Below are positions 10,068-19,942 of a stretch of 64,000 nt of DNA, in pieces (position 1 is the stretch's first letter; each line of letters opens with the position of its first letter). The notes beneath the pieces were generated by a model. That model saw only the letters and a list, made by a program, of their open reading frames with translations. It was not told where the DNA came from and did no database searches. This DNA comes from Bacteroidota bacterium. GTDB lineage: Bacteria > Bacteroidota > Bacteroidia > Cytophagales > UBA9547. The DNA is taken from the NCBI GenBank assembly GCA_004293915.1, contig RDZG01000056.1, positions 19,342 to 83,341 of the forward strand, in the 5' to 3' direction. Made by a program: the position numbers and the translations under genes.

Positions 10068-11732
10068 TTAGAAATTTATTTTAAGATTTATTCCGATTGA
10101 TTTGTCAATTGGATTGTAAAAAGTAGTAAGACTTTTTTTATAATCCCTTGCAATTCGAGCATTTTTACTTCCTTTTACAAGTACCCAAACTACATCATAA
10201 ATCCAAAGAGATGCTCCAGCACCTACTAAAACATAAAATGCTTTGTTTGTAGCATTTGCATCATCGTAATATTTGTCAATATCTATTTGGTTTGTTGCTT
10301 GTTGATATTTAGTATATTGAACATTTGAGTATAATTTACTAGCAACGCCAGTAGCTAATAATCCATAAGTCCAAAGCATCATGCCAACACCTGTTTTTTC
10401 GCCATTTGACACATATCTATCGCCAAGTCCAGGCACTAAAATTGATAATAATGCATTTGATGGACCACCTGCACCTCTAAAATTTTTAACTTTAGCTGAA
10501 GAGAAATCTTGTAAATTTATTTGTCTGTCAAAGTAAGTAATTCTATACTTTCCGTAAGGATTATTACTAAATTCGGAGCTTAAAAACGTGTTATACTTTT
10601 GAGGGAAATTGCCATCTATTTCTATTCCTTTTGATGATTTTTTTAAAGATAAATCTTTAACATAAGAGCTTAAATTAATACTCACATCTGCAAATGAGTT
10701 TACTGGATAGGTTTTAATAATCAATTTATTAAAGGTTGATTGTTTTAAAGTAGAAGAAATATTATTGAGTAATATTTTATCAGAGTTCATATCTTTTTTT
10801 GTACTCAAATTATTTTTGCCAAGACTATCAATTTGGTAACTAAAAGTTGCATTTATGTTTCCTGTTAATTCATTTTTAGATATATTTTCTTTCACATTTT
10901 GAATTATTTGAGAATTAACATCTTTGTAAGTCGGATTATCAAATTCTGAATAATCATAGATTTTGGTTTTTCGTTCAGTTAAAAATGCAAGCATCTTTTT
11001 GATTTCTTCAATTTTTTCATTAGGGTAAATATTATCAATATCTAATTGCAATGCGTTTTCGTAAGATTTTTTAGAAGCAATCCATTTTTTGTTTTGAAAC
11101 TGTATATCAGCTTTAGTAATTAAAGCATTGTATTTTTCTTGTAATTGTTTTTGAAGATTTATTTCTTCTTCAATTTGGTTTATCTTTTGTTGAATACCTA
11201 TTTTGATGTTTTCTGGCAAGTACTTTACGAGACCATATCTAGTTGAAGCATAGCCATTTGGGGCAAGGTATAATAAGTAAAAGTATTTATAGTCTTCTGT
11301 AAAATAGTAATCACCAAATCTTCGTTCCTTAAATAGTTTGTCGAAATTAGATTTTAAATTATTTAATGAAACATTTTCAAACTGTTTAACAATAAAAACG
11401 AGTTTTTCAGATACCATAATATAATAATCACAAAAATTTATAGGTATTTTGAAATCTAACGAATATTGATTAGTAACGCATTGAACTACATCAGTTATTT
11501 CACCATTTTTATATTTTGCATCCCAAGTAACATTGTTACCTTTAGAATTTCCTACTTCATCAAAACCGTAACTATTTTTAGTTGTATATTGTATCCACTC
11601 CTTTACTTTGTAGGCGTCATCACCAATTTCGATTGTTTGCCCTTGGATACCTAAAAAAGTCATTTGAAAAGCTAAAGTATAGAACAACTTTTTCATTTTT
11701 TTGTAAGTATTTGTATTAAAATTTAAAATCAT
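10068..11732 (-). CDS. Secreted/membrane-associated protein with a coiled-coil/TPR-like middle and a C-terminal two-helix membrane anchor (PGLG motif)
   Basis: 554-aa ORF. The probable true start is the internal MKKLFYTLAFQMTFLGIQGQ (ATG at 11696), which gives a signal peptide. The C-terminus LSILVPGLGDRYV...GVGMMLWTYGLLATGVA...AFYVLVGAGASLWIYDVVWVLV is hydrophobic. Confidence 0.65.
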   Translation of the reverse strand: MILNFNTNTYKKMKKLFYTLAFQMTFLGIQGQTIEIGDDAYKVKEWIQYTTKNSYGFDEVGNSKGNNVTWDAKYKNGEITDVVQCVTNQYSLDFKIPINFCDYYIMVSEKLVFIVKQFENVSLNNLKSNFDKLFKERRFGDYYFTEDYKYFYLLYLAPNGYASTRYGLVKYLPENIKIGIQQKINQIEEEINLQKQLQEKYNALITKADIQFQNKKWIASKKSYENALQLDIDNIYPNEKIEEIKKMLAFLTERKTKIYDYSEFDNPTYKDVNSQIIQNVKENISKNELTGNINATFSYQIDSLGKNNLSTKKDMNSDKILLNNISSTLKQSTFNKLIIKTYPVNSFADVSINLSSYVKDLSLKKSSKGIEIDGNFPQKYNTFLSSEFSNNPYGKYRITYFDRQINLQDFSSAKVKNFRGAGGPSNALLSILVPGLGDRYVSNGEKTGVGMMLWTYGLLATGVASKLYSNVQYTKYQQATNQIDIDKYYDDANATNKAFYVLVGAGASLWIYDVVWVLVKGSKNARIARDYKKSLTTFYNPIDKSIGINLKINF

Positions 11733-11870
11733 TTTTTCTCTTTTTAGGCTTTTCGGATTACGCCAAATATTAATTTATATTACTTTTTTAAAATTTTCAC
11801 AAATAATGTTAGCATTTTTAAATATCTAAAACCAATTTGCGATTATTATCAACCTAAAAATGGTTTATTT

Positions 11871-12260
11871 ATGAAAATCAAAATTGGAAACAAACTTACT
11901 GCAATTAGAGAAGACCGAAAGTTGAACCAAACCGAAATGGCTGAGCTTTTGGGCATTTCTACAAGTACTTATGCACGTATTGAAAGAAACGAAACTAGCC
12001 CAGACTTAGACCAAGTAGTTTCATTTTCAAAACAGTTGCAAATACCAATACATGAGTTCTTGCCTGATACAGTCAGTTTTAATAATAATCAAGCCAATAG
12101 TAAAGGACAAGGTGGGTTAGTGTTTGGTAATATTTACAATTATAACAACAAAGACCAAATCGTATTAGATTTAGAAAACCAAGTAAAATTAAAAGACCAA
12201 GAAATTACTTTTTTAAAAGAAAAAATCGAGCTTTTAGAAAGGCTAAATGGCTTGAAGTAG
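11871..12260 (+). CDS. XRE-family helix-turn-helix regulator with C-terminal leucine-zipper-like coiled coil
   Basis: KLTAIREDRKLNQTEMAELLGISTSTYARIERNETSP is a canonical XRE HTH. The C-terminus LENQVKLKDQEITFLKEKIELLERL has heptad character. Confidence 0.85.
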   Translation: MKIKIGNKLTAIREDRKLNQTEMAELLGISTSTYARIERNETSPDLDQVVSFSKQLQIPIHEFLPDTVSFNNNQANSKGQGGLVFGNIYNYNNKDQIVLDLENQVKLKDQEITFLKEKIELLERLNGLK

Positions 12261-12339
12261 GTTTTGGCAAAAAAAGGTACTGAAGATTTTTGTCCCAAAA
12301 TTATTTATAGTTTTTAGCTTATGAACAACAACCGAAAAA

Positions 12340-13809
12340 GTGAATGAAATACTTAGTAAATATAATTCCAAAACTTACTTTTTGATTCTTTTTTTTGGAG
12401 TTATATATGCCCTTTTGCCAACGGCAAACTCTAGTATGGATGCCATTGTTTATGCGGCAGATGCAAAATGGAGTAAAGATTTGTTCCAATCGCACCATTT
12501 GTTTTATACCGCTTTTTTATACCTAATCCATTTTTTAGTTCCAATTGATTTTTTAGCACTTGGCAAACTTATAAATGCAGTATTTGCAGCAGCAAGTTTA
12601 CTGGTTTTATGGAAATGTTTGACGATTTTACAAAAAGATACGCAAAAACAATTTTGGATTGTGGCTTTTGTTGGAAGTAGTTTTGCGATTTTTAGATTTG
12701 CAACCGAAAACGAAACCTATATTTTGCCAATATTTTTCTCATTATTAGGTACTTATCACTATTTAAAGTTTGATAATGACCAAAAAAAAACACAACTTTT
12801 TGTAGCTGGATTTTGGCTCACTTTAGCCTGTTTATTTCATCAATTACATTTTTTTTGGTGGTTTATTTTACTTCTTTTTATATTTTTTTCAGCTAAAAAA
12901 CCGTTAAAATCTACATTTATTTATGCTTCTACGGCAGTTTTAGTTCCTGTTTTTTATTATTTGGTACTTGTTTTTTATCGAAATGTTGATTTTACATTTT
13001 CAACCTATTTTGCATTTATATTTGAAAGTTTTTCGCACGGAAAAGCTACAATTGAAATAAAATGGCTAGGTATTACTCGATGGCTGGTAAGCATTTTTCG
13101 TACTTTTTTTAACTTACATTATACACAATATATTTTTCTTCAAAAGTTTCCTTTTTTTTGGATTATTCCAATTTCGATGATTTGTGTTTCAATGTTTTTA
13201 TTTTTTAGAAATGTTCAAAAAATTAAATCACTAACTTTTATAAATATTAAATTCTATTATTTGTTTTTGAGTTTAATTGGTTGTTTTCTATGTTTTGCTT
13301 TGGTTTCGTTTGGCAATTCAGAATTTATGGTAATGTTGCCATTTTTGATTGCACTATTTTTTGGATTGTATACAAATTTAAACACAAAAATTTTGAGTTA
13401 TTTCGTTGGTATTCAGTTTGTTTGGAATATCATTTTAGGCGTATTGCCCTATCATTTTATAAAATTTAGAGCAGATAATTATTGGGCTAAAAAAATAGAA
13501 AACCAGCCAAATTCAATTTTTTATATGACTAATTATGGTGAAATATCGGGTTTGGTATATCTTAATAACCAAAATTTAAAACAAAATGTATTTTTTAGTT
13601 TGTTAGAAAAAAGCAAAATGGATAGTTTATTAGTTTCAAATATTAATATCTATACAGATTGTATTAAATCAGGAAATGTAATTAATACCGAAAGCATACT
13701 TTTTGGTAAAAAAAATCAGGCATTTTATAAAAACTATAAAACGATTTGTATAGATTCTGCCGAAAGTTTTAGTGGAAAAGAATATTTATATCAAGTTTTT
13801 TTGAAATAA
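12340..13809 (+). CDS. Polytopic membrane protein, possibly a GT-C-type glycosyltransferase (ArnT/PMT-like)
   Basis: 489 aa with a GTG start and more than 10 hydrophobic segments. The layout has an early loop followed by many TM helices, as in dolichyl/undecaprenyl-phosphate-sugar transferases. The assignment is weak. Confidence 0.5.
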   Translation: MNEILSKYNSKTYFLILFFGVIYALLPTANSSMDAIVYAADAKWSKDLFQSHHLFYTAFLYLIHFLVPIDFLALGKLINAVFAAASLLVLWKCLTILQKDTQKQFWIVAFVGSSFAIFRFATENETYILPIFFSLLGTYHYLKFDNDQKKTQLFVAGFWLTLACLFHQLHFFWWFILLLFIFFSAKKPLKSTFIYASTAVLVPVFYYLVLVFYRNVDFTFSTYFAFIFESFSHGKATIEIKWLGITRWLVSIFRTFFNLHYTQYIFLQKFPFFWIIPISMICVSMFLFFRNVQKIKSLTFINIKFYYLFLSLIGCFLCFALVSFGNSEFMVMLPFLIALFFGLYTNLNTKILSYFVGIQFVWNIILGVLPYHFIKFRADNYWAKKIENQPNSIFYMTNYGEISGLVYLNNQNLKQNVFFSLLEKSKMDSLLVSNINIYTDCIKSGNVINTESILFGKKNQAFYKNYKTICIDSAESFSGKEYLYQVFLK

Positions 13810-13884
13810 ACATATCAACTTAAATTTAAGTTATAAAAATAAAGCATTAAAGCTTAAATTTGCCTCTCCATATCTCAAATCTTT

Positions 13885-14469
13885 ATGACTTCTCGCGAAC
13901 TTATACTTTCAAAAATAAAAACAAATAAGCCCGAACCGAGTCCATTGCCCGATTTGCAAACTTTTGAACGTCCAGAAATGGCTTTGGTTGAACATTTTGT
14001 CGAAATGGTTTCTTTTGTCGGTGGCAGAACCATTGATTTGGCTCAAAACCGAACTATTGAAGATGAGATAAACGCCATTTATCCAGACCTAAAAAATATT
14101 TGTGCCAATTTTACTGGCTTAAATTTGCCATTGATTGACCTTTCTCAAATTCACGACCCGCACGATTTGAGTCATATTGATTTGGCTATCATAAAAGGCG
14201 AATTTGGTGTGGCAGAAAATGGTGCTGTTTGGATTCCTGCTAGTTCGTTGGCATTCAGGGCTTTGCCTTTTATCACGCAACACATGGTTTTTATTATTGA
14301 AAAATCAGAAATTGTTTGGAATATGCATCAAGCCTATCAACGGTTGGATATTACAAAAGCAGATGGATATGGTGTTTTTATTTCTGGACCATCAAAAACA
14401 GCTGATATAGAACAAAGTTTGGTAATTGGTGCACATGGCAGCCGCAGTTTAGTTGTAATTTTAGTTTAA
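13885..14469 (+). CDS. LUD-domain protein (LutC/YkgG-like)
   Basis: 194 aa. The C-terminal GVFISGPSKTADIEQSLVIGAHGSRSLVVILV matches the conserved GPSrTADIE...GaHGpr signature of the LutC family. Confidence 0.7.
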   Translation: MTSRELILSKIKTNKPEPSPLPDLQTFERPEMALVEHFVEMVSFVGGRTIDLAQNRTIEDEINAIYPDLKNICANFTGLNLPLIDLSQIHDPHDLSHIDLAIIKGEFGVAENGAVWIPASSLAFRALPFITQHMVFIIEKSEIVWNMHQAYQRLDITKADGYGVFISGPSKTADIEQSLVIGAHGSRSLVVILV

Positions 14470-14491
14470 CATTTTCTTTAATATCCTGATA

Positions 14492-14995
14492 ATGAAATCA
14501 TTTATAAAGTTTTTATATTATTTATCCATCATATACTTTTTGATAAATATTTTTTTTAGTTATTACCAATCGCCAGAATTTGTAGGCATTGGATTTAATG
14601 AGAAATCAGGAATGACAGAATACAAATCAAAACATCATTTGTTTTATTTTGGAGCAGGGTTGTTTTTATTAATCACTGCGCTAGTTGCTGTGTTTAGAAA
14701 AATCATTGTAAATTTCCCTTTTTCTCTATTTCCATTCCCAAACAAAACATTTTGGATGCAAAATCAAGAAAGCAGAGAGGGTTTGGTTAACGCACATCAA
14801 GTTTGGATGATGAGTTTTGCAACCATGTTTAATCTGTTTTTAGGCTCTTTATTTTTGATTTTGTTTTTGGTAAATATTGTGCAATATGGCACGTTTTCGA
14901 GCTATGCTCCTGTTGTATTTGGCGGAATAGTTATTCTAGGATTTTGGTGGATAATTTTAGTTATCAGGCTGTATATCAAAAAGATAGAATTATAA
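14492..14995 (+). CDS. Small integral membrane protein (4 predicted TM segments)
   Basis: 167-aa ORF with four long hydrophobic stretches. I recognise no family. Confidence 0.55.
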   Translation: MKSFIKFLYYLSIIYFLINIFFSYYQSPEFVGIGFNEKSGMTEYKSKHHLFYFGAGLFLLITALVAVFRKIIVNFPFSLFPFPNKTFWMQNQESREGLVNAHQVWMMSFATMFNLFLGSLFLILFLVNIVQYGTFSSYAPVVFGGIVILGFWWIILVIRLYIKKIEL

Positions 14996-15018
14996 TTTAT
15001 ATAAATTAATTTCATAAA

Positions 15019-15049
15019 TTGTGTATACAACATAATTTATATATGTTTG
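15019..15049 (+). promoter_or_regulatory. Candidate Bacteroidota-type promoter (TTG at -33, TAnnTTTG at -7) for the three-gene cassette
   Basis: TTG lies at 15019-15021 and TATGTTTG at 15042-15049, with a 20-nt spacer. The -7 box is about 40 nt upstream of the ATG at 15090. This is a motif match only. Confidence 0.3.
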
Positions 15050-15089
15050 TAAAAATGATAAGCAATCTTTTCTTAAGTAATTAGATATA

Positions 15090-15818
15090 ATGGAATTTAA
15101 AAATCATAAAATTTCGGAGGCTGTTTGTGCAATGAGATTTAGTTTAATTCCTGACTGGGACATTACATACTTTGCTAAGTTTTATGATTTGATTAATTTA
15201 ATTGGGTATTCAGTAAAACAAGAAATAAAACCAATTCAGCTTTCTTTTGATTTGAATCTAAATCAATCTATTGAGGCTCCAAAGCTAGTTGAGAAAGACA
15301 TACAAATGGTTTTTAAAACTGCTGATGGAAAATATGCTATTATATATTCGAATGGCTATGTTTCGATTCACACTTTAGGATTTTATCCAGGTTGGGATTT
15401 TTTTTTAAAGGAAACGGCTAATGTATTAGAAAAATATTTATCAATTCATCATAATAGTTTTATAATTAGTACTCAGATGATTTATATAAATACTTTTACA
15501 TTATCTAATGATGAAAATCTTTCGGATTATTTTAATTTCATGCCTAAAACAGAAAACTTTGGACAGGGAAGTGAAATTTCGCAACAATATCATACTACAT
15601 ATAGTATAATTCCTAATAAAAAGTTGCAGATAAGGACTTTTTTAACTTCTCAAGATAATTTAACTAGAAATATATTTCTTGAATGTAGTTGTCTAACAGA
15701 GAATGTTGAAAAAATAGAATCATCAGAATGGAGCAAATTAGCTAATGAAGCACATGATGGCGCAAGAAATTTATTTGTTAAAATTGTGACAGAAAAGTTT
15801 AAAGAAAAAATAAAATGA
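15090..15818 (+). CDS. TIGR04255-like uncharacterised protein (first gene of the coupled three-gene cassette)
   Basis: 242 aa. The N-terminal KISEAVCAMRF and C-terminal EAHDGARNLFVKIVTEKF resemble the conserved termini of the TIGR04255 family as I remember them. The stop overlaps the next start (ATGA at 15815-15818). Confidence 0.55.
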   Translation: MEFKNHKISEAVCAMRFSLIPDWDITYFAKFYDLINLIGYSVKQEIKPIQLSFDLNLNQSIEAPKLVEKDIQMVFKTADGKYAIIYSNGYVSIHTLGFYPGWDFFLKETANVLEKYLSIHHNSFIISTQMIYINTFTLSNDENLSDYFNFMPKTENFGQGSEISQQYHTTYSIIPNKKLQIRTFLTSQDNLTRNIFLECSCLTENVEKIESSEWSKLANEAHDGARNLFVKIVTEKFKEKIK

Positions 15819-16174
15819 CAATCACTCAACCTCCAAGTTATAATTTAAATTTACCTCTAGCAGCTTTAACTATAAATAAGGTTGAATCAAAATCCTTAGA
15901 GTATTTAAATTTTGTGATAAAAAATCCTTATTATATTTTATCTGAAACCGAAAAGTATTTCTTTACATCAGACAACAAAACTATATTTTTAAATCATACA
16001 AAATCTTACTTTAACAATGATTTTAATATTAACCAAGATAATTTACAAGTCATAAAATTAAGTGAATCAATTTTTAACAATTCTAAGCCAATAAATGGAG
16101 TTGCGTTGGATGCGTTAAGATACTGTTTAGAAAATTTGGGTAAAAAAGAACCATTATTAGGTAATAGATTATGA
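15815..16174 (+). CDS. Hypothetical protein (119 aa), second gene of the cassette
   Basis: The ORF has 4-nt ATGA overlaps at both ends. I recognise no family. Confidence 0.5.
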   Translation: MTITQPPSYNLNLPLAALTINKVESKSLEYLNFVIKNPYYILSETEKYFFTSDNKTIFLNHTKSYFNNDFNINQDNLQVIKLSESIFNNSKPINGVALDALRYCLENLGKKEPLLGNRL

Positions 16175-16788
16175 ATTTTTACTTAGATGATAATTTATTA
16201 CCTTCTGATTTTACAAAAACTAATAAAGATCGATTGAGAGAAGCTCTGAATCAATTCAAAGTCAATAATAATTCAGATAAAAACTATACTAATTTTTTCA
16301 GTAGCAGAAAATATAGTTATTTTTTACAAGGTGATGTAATTAGAGATGTCAGATTTCCTAGATTCGATTTTACAAAAAGAACATATTCAAAAGAATATTT
16401 TGATTGTATTTTATTATCAAATACATGTGATATGGACGAAAATAATAATAGGCAAATTAAAAAAGAAATTTTGATATGTAAGCTAATACTTTTTGATGAT
16501 TACAAGAAAGTTCTACTTAATTTGAAACCAAACAATTTCAATCAAATTATTTCTGATATAAAATCACAGCAATTTTCTAATATATTTTACTTGCCACCAA
16601 ATAGTTTAAACAAAGACTATATTGTTTTTCTAGACGAAATTCATAATATTTCTATTGAAGAGCTAAAAATGTTAAAAATCGATATAGATAAAAACAGAAT
16701 AAGTACGTTAGATTTTTTTGGCTATTACCTTTTTATATTTAAATTGTCGTATCATTTTTGTAGAATGCCTGAAGTTTCACATAGATAA
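16171..16788 (+). CDS. Hypothetical protein (205 aa), third gene of the cassette
   Basis: The ORF starts in an ATGA overlap. It contains a QGDVIRDV...CILLSNTCDM motif. I recognise no family. Confidence 0.5.
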   Translation: MNFYLDDNLLPSDFTKTNKDRLREALNQFKVNNNSDKNYTNFFSSRKYSYFLQGDVIRDVRFPRFDFTKRTYSKEYFDCILLSNTCDMDENNNRQIKKEILICKLILFDDYKKVLLNLKPNNFNQIISDIKSQQFSNIFYLPPNSLNKDYIVFLDEIHNISIEELKMLKIDIDKNRISTLDFFGYYLFIFKLSYHFCRMPEVSHR

Positions 16789-16797
16789 CTTTAAATA

Positions 16798-17697
16798 TCA
16801 AGCATTGCATAAATGCAAACTGTATAAATCAAAATAGTTGTGGTCTGCAATTTCGTCAAATTTGTACCCAAATTTGAGTGTTTGTGTTCTGTTTGAAAAA
16901 TATACAAATCGAATGTATTTCGATAATTTTTCTACATGCTCGGACTCCACTTTGATGTTTCCTGTCAATATTAAAGGCAAGGCGTTTGCATCTAAATTGA
17001 GCTCATCAAAAGCAAACATCACAAAATAAAGCAAATCGTTAGCAGTTTTATATTTGTAAGAATTGCAAAATTCGATATGATGTCCATTTTTTACCACAAT
17101 TGTCATCATACCTACTTCTACATTTACATGCATGGTTCGGTCTGTAAATTTTGCATTATTTTGCAACAACGCTTCTATAAACAAGCTTGTATGATGAAAA
17201 ACTTCTAAATTTTTGCCCGGATATTTGGATTTGAACCAATCTGTGATGTGTTTTTCTGCTACAAAAACATTAACCATATCATTGGAGCTATGTTTAAAAT
17301 GATATAATTCATCGGATTTATCGATTTCTGAAACAAAATTTAGGTAATCTGGAGCATATTCTGCATCAAAAAGCGAAGCAGGAACGAGCGAAAATTTGAG
17401 ATTTTTTACAGATAATTTTATAGATTTCCAAAACCCAGCTTTTAACAGCCAATGATCTTCGTAAAGCAACTCTAGTTGTTTGGTATAATCAATTGCTGCT
17501 AAAGGATTTTCAAAAATATAATCTTCGACAAGCATACAACGTTTGTTTATGCTATCGGTAATACAAAATTTGAAATGAAATTGGCTAACTTGGAGCGAGA
17601 GTGTATAATGGTGCAAATGGTCGATATCGAACAAATCATCAACTATTTTTTTATAAAGTATATATGCTTGTTGCTCCAAAACAGTAATGGTTTGCAA
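16798..17697 (-). CDS. DUF3822-like protein
   Basis: 299 aa. HHYTLSLQVSQFHFKFCITDSINKRCMLVEDYIF resembles the LSI-x-DGFSF-x-I-x-D opening of Bacteroidota DUF3822 proteins. The match is from memory. Confidence 0.5.
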   Translation of the reverse strand: MQTITVLEQQAYILYKKIVDDLFDIDHLHHYTLSLQVSQFHFKFCITDSINKRCMLVEDYIFENPLAAIDYTKQLELLYEDHWLLKAGFWKSIKLSVKNLKFSLVPASLFDAEYAPDYLNFVSEIDKSDELYHFKHSSNDMVNVFVAEKHITDWFKSKYPGKNLEVFHHTSLFIEALLQNNAKFTDRTMHVNVEVGMMTIVVKNGHHIEFCNSYKYKTANDLLYFVMFAFDELNLDANALPLILTGNIKVESEHVEKLSKYIRFVYFSNRTQTLKFGYKFDEIADHNYFDLYSLHLCNA

Positions 17698-17776
17698 ATA
17701 TATACCATAAAATAATCTAAAAGCTATAAAAATCTTTATAAATTATAAACAGAACCTAAATTATCTACCTTAAAGC

Positions 17777-19795
17777 TTAATTTTTTATGATTTTAAATTC
17801 TGTTCTGCGGTTTTTAGCTCTTCCCTCTTCGGTTTGGTTGTCGGCTATGGGGTTATCTTGTCCGTATCCAATTACCGAAAATCTATCTTGATGGATTTCT
17901 TTGGCAACCAAATAAAGCATTACTGCACTTGCACGTTTTTTTGAAAGCGATTTATTATAAAATTCATTTCCAACATTGTCGGTATATCCACCGATTTCTA
18001 TTTTCAATTCGATGTTTTCAGTAAGCCAATCTGCTAAAACATCTAAATAACCAAACGAAGTTTCTTTAATTAAAGCTTTGTTTTTTTCAAAATAAATATG
18101 ATCAACATTGATGCTTTGTCCCGCCACAATTTTGGATGCTTTTATGTTTACATCCGTAAATTTCTTTTTAATGTTATCGTATTTTATATTTGAATAAGTT
18201 TCGGGTAAATATCCTTTTTTAGAAATTGTCATCGAGTAAACTGCATCTGGATCTACGGGTACGTTTGCGGCAAATTGTCCGTTTTTATCAACATTTGCTG
18301 TAGAAACCAAATTATCATTAGCATCAAAAATATATACTTTAGCTTCTACAGCTTGGTTTGAAACATTATCTTTTACCACACCTTTTATAACCGATTTATT
18401 TGTAAAACTATTAGATTCAAAATCATCTGTTTTTCTATGTACAATATGTTTTTTTGAGTGTGTAGTGCCCAAAATATCGTGTTCGGTAGTGATTGTAAAT
18501 TTATAAATATCTCGTTCGCCAAATCCATCGCCTCTTTCAGTTGAAAAATAGCCTGTTTTGCCATCCCCAGAAATCACTAAATAAATATCATCTTCGGGAG
18601 AATTGATAGGATAACCTAAGTTTTTGGGTTCGCTAAAAGTTTTTGTCAAATCCTGGTATTTAGCGGTGTAAATATCGTATCCACCCATTCCTTGATGCCC
18701 AGTTGAGCTAAAAAAAAGATGATTTTTTGCATCAATATAAGGTGCGTCTTCATCATATTCGGTATTGATTTTTGAGCCTAGATTTTCGGGTTCAGTCCAG
18801 TTTCCATCTTTTGTAATTGTAGATTTATATAAATCAAAACCACCAAAACCGCCAGGTTTATTGCTCGAAAAATAAACCGTTTTTCCATCTGGAGAAATAC
18901 ACAAAGATGGCTCGTTATATTTTGGCGTATTGATTTTATCACCAATGCTTTTAGGTGCCGACCAAGCATTGTTTACAAAATCGCTCACATAAATATCTCC
19001 ACCATTTTTATCTTTTCTGATAAACAATTTTTTGCCATCTGATGACAACGAAATGCTCGCATCATGTTCTTGCGTGTTTAATAAACCTCCCAAAATCTGC
19101 GGTTTAGACCAAATGCCATTTGCATTCTTATTTGAAATCCAAATGTCTTCAAAAAAACCATTGTCTTTATCTTTTTTATCGTGCATACCACCTTCTCTAC
19201 GTGAAGTAAAAATCATCATTTTGTCTTCGCTGGTAACACATGGTACATAATCGTCATAAATTGAATTTATAATCGGACCAGCATTGTCTATTGTAAAATG
19301 TGGATTTGGATTTTCATAAAACGATTTTCCGACCACACATTCTTGCAAACGTTTATCTACTTTAAATATGTCATCCTCAAGGTTTTTACCTTTATATTTT
19401 GGATTAGAAATTCGATTTTGGTATTTAATAAAATATTTTTTTGCTTCATCAAAATTAAAACCCATTTGGTAACAAAGTCCCATTTTATAAAGCAATTCTG
19501 GATTTGAGATAGAATCTACTTTATAGGCTTTTAAAAAAAATTCTGCGCCTAAAATTTTGTGACGAGTACTAAGATAACATTCGCCAGTCATAAAATTTAA
19601 TTGATAATTTTTGGGATCAGCCAATGCAGCTTCCAAATAAATATCAAGCGAACTATTTATATCGCCTTGTTTAAAAAGTTTTTCGGCTTGCAGAATTCGC
19701 TCATCAGCTTGTTGATTAGGCTCTTTTCCTTTTCCAAAACCATTAAATGTCATTTGAAAAAGCAATGCCAATATAAATAGATATCGTTTTTTCAT
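17777..19795 (-). CDS. OmpA-family outer-membrane/peptidoglycan-associated protein with TPR, TolB-like beta-propeller and CarboxypepD_reg-like regions
   Basis: 672 aa with a signal peptide. It has TPR-like helices and repeated 'DE-x-P-x-IS-x-DGK-x-LYF(S/T)S' propeller blades. The C-terminus IEIGGYTDNVGNEFYNKSLSKKRASAV...GRAKNRRTEFKI is the OmpA_C signature. Confidence 0.85.
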   Translation of the reverse strand: MKKRYLFILALLFQMTFNGFGKGKEPNQQADERILQAEKLFKQGDINSSLDIYLEAALADPKNYQLNFMTGECYLSTRHKILGAEFFLKAYKVDSISNPELLYKMGLCYQMGFNFDEAKKYFIKYQNRISNPKYKGKNLEDDIFKVDKRLQECVVGKSFYENPNPHFTIDNAGPIINSIYDDYVPCVTSEDKMMIFTSRREGGMHDKKDKDNGFFEDIWISNKNANGIWSKPQILGGLLNTQEHDASISLSSDGKKLFIRKDKNGGDIYVSDFVNNAWSAPKSIGDKINTPKYNEPSLCISPDGKTVYFSSNKPGGFGGFDLYKSTITKDGNWTEPENLGSKINTEYDEDAPYIDAKNHLFFSSTGHQGMGGYDIYTAKYQDLTKTFSEPKNLGYPINSPEDDIYLVISGDGKTGYFSTERGDGFGERDIYKFTITTEHDILGTTHSKKHIVHRKTDDFESNSFTNKSVIKGVVKDNVSNQAVEAKVYIFDANDNLVSTANVDKNGQFAANVPVDPDAVYSMTISKKGYLPETYSNIKYDNIKKKFTDVNIKASKIVAGQSINVDHIYFEKNKALIKETSFGYLDVLADWLTENIELKIEIGGYTDNVGNEFYNKSLSKKRASAVMLYLVAKEIHQDRFSVIGYGQDNPIADNQTEEGRAKNRRTEFKIIKN

Positions 19796-19942
19796 TGTTT
19801 AATTTTTATCAATTTAACGTAATAACACAAAAAAATGTTAGATTATTCATATTAATTTTTTGTTAAAACAAAAAATTAAATTATTTACTTTCAAATTACA
19901 AGCTATGACTAAAGAAATAAGATATTTGTAAAAAAAATAACT

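Noticed and set aside
12782-12790. A9 tract inside the membrane glycosyltransferase-like gene (and T8 near 13152) as phase-variation switches
   Set aside because: Homopolymers of this length are frequent throughout this AT-rich sequence. Both tracts are read through in frame. I have no evidence of variability.
13817-13832. Perfect 16-nt palindrome aacttaaatttaagtt just after the stop of the 489-aa membrane protein gene
   Set aside because: It is composed entirely of A/T apart from one C/G pair and has no following T-run, so it is a weak hairpin. I did not call it a terminator or operator.
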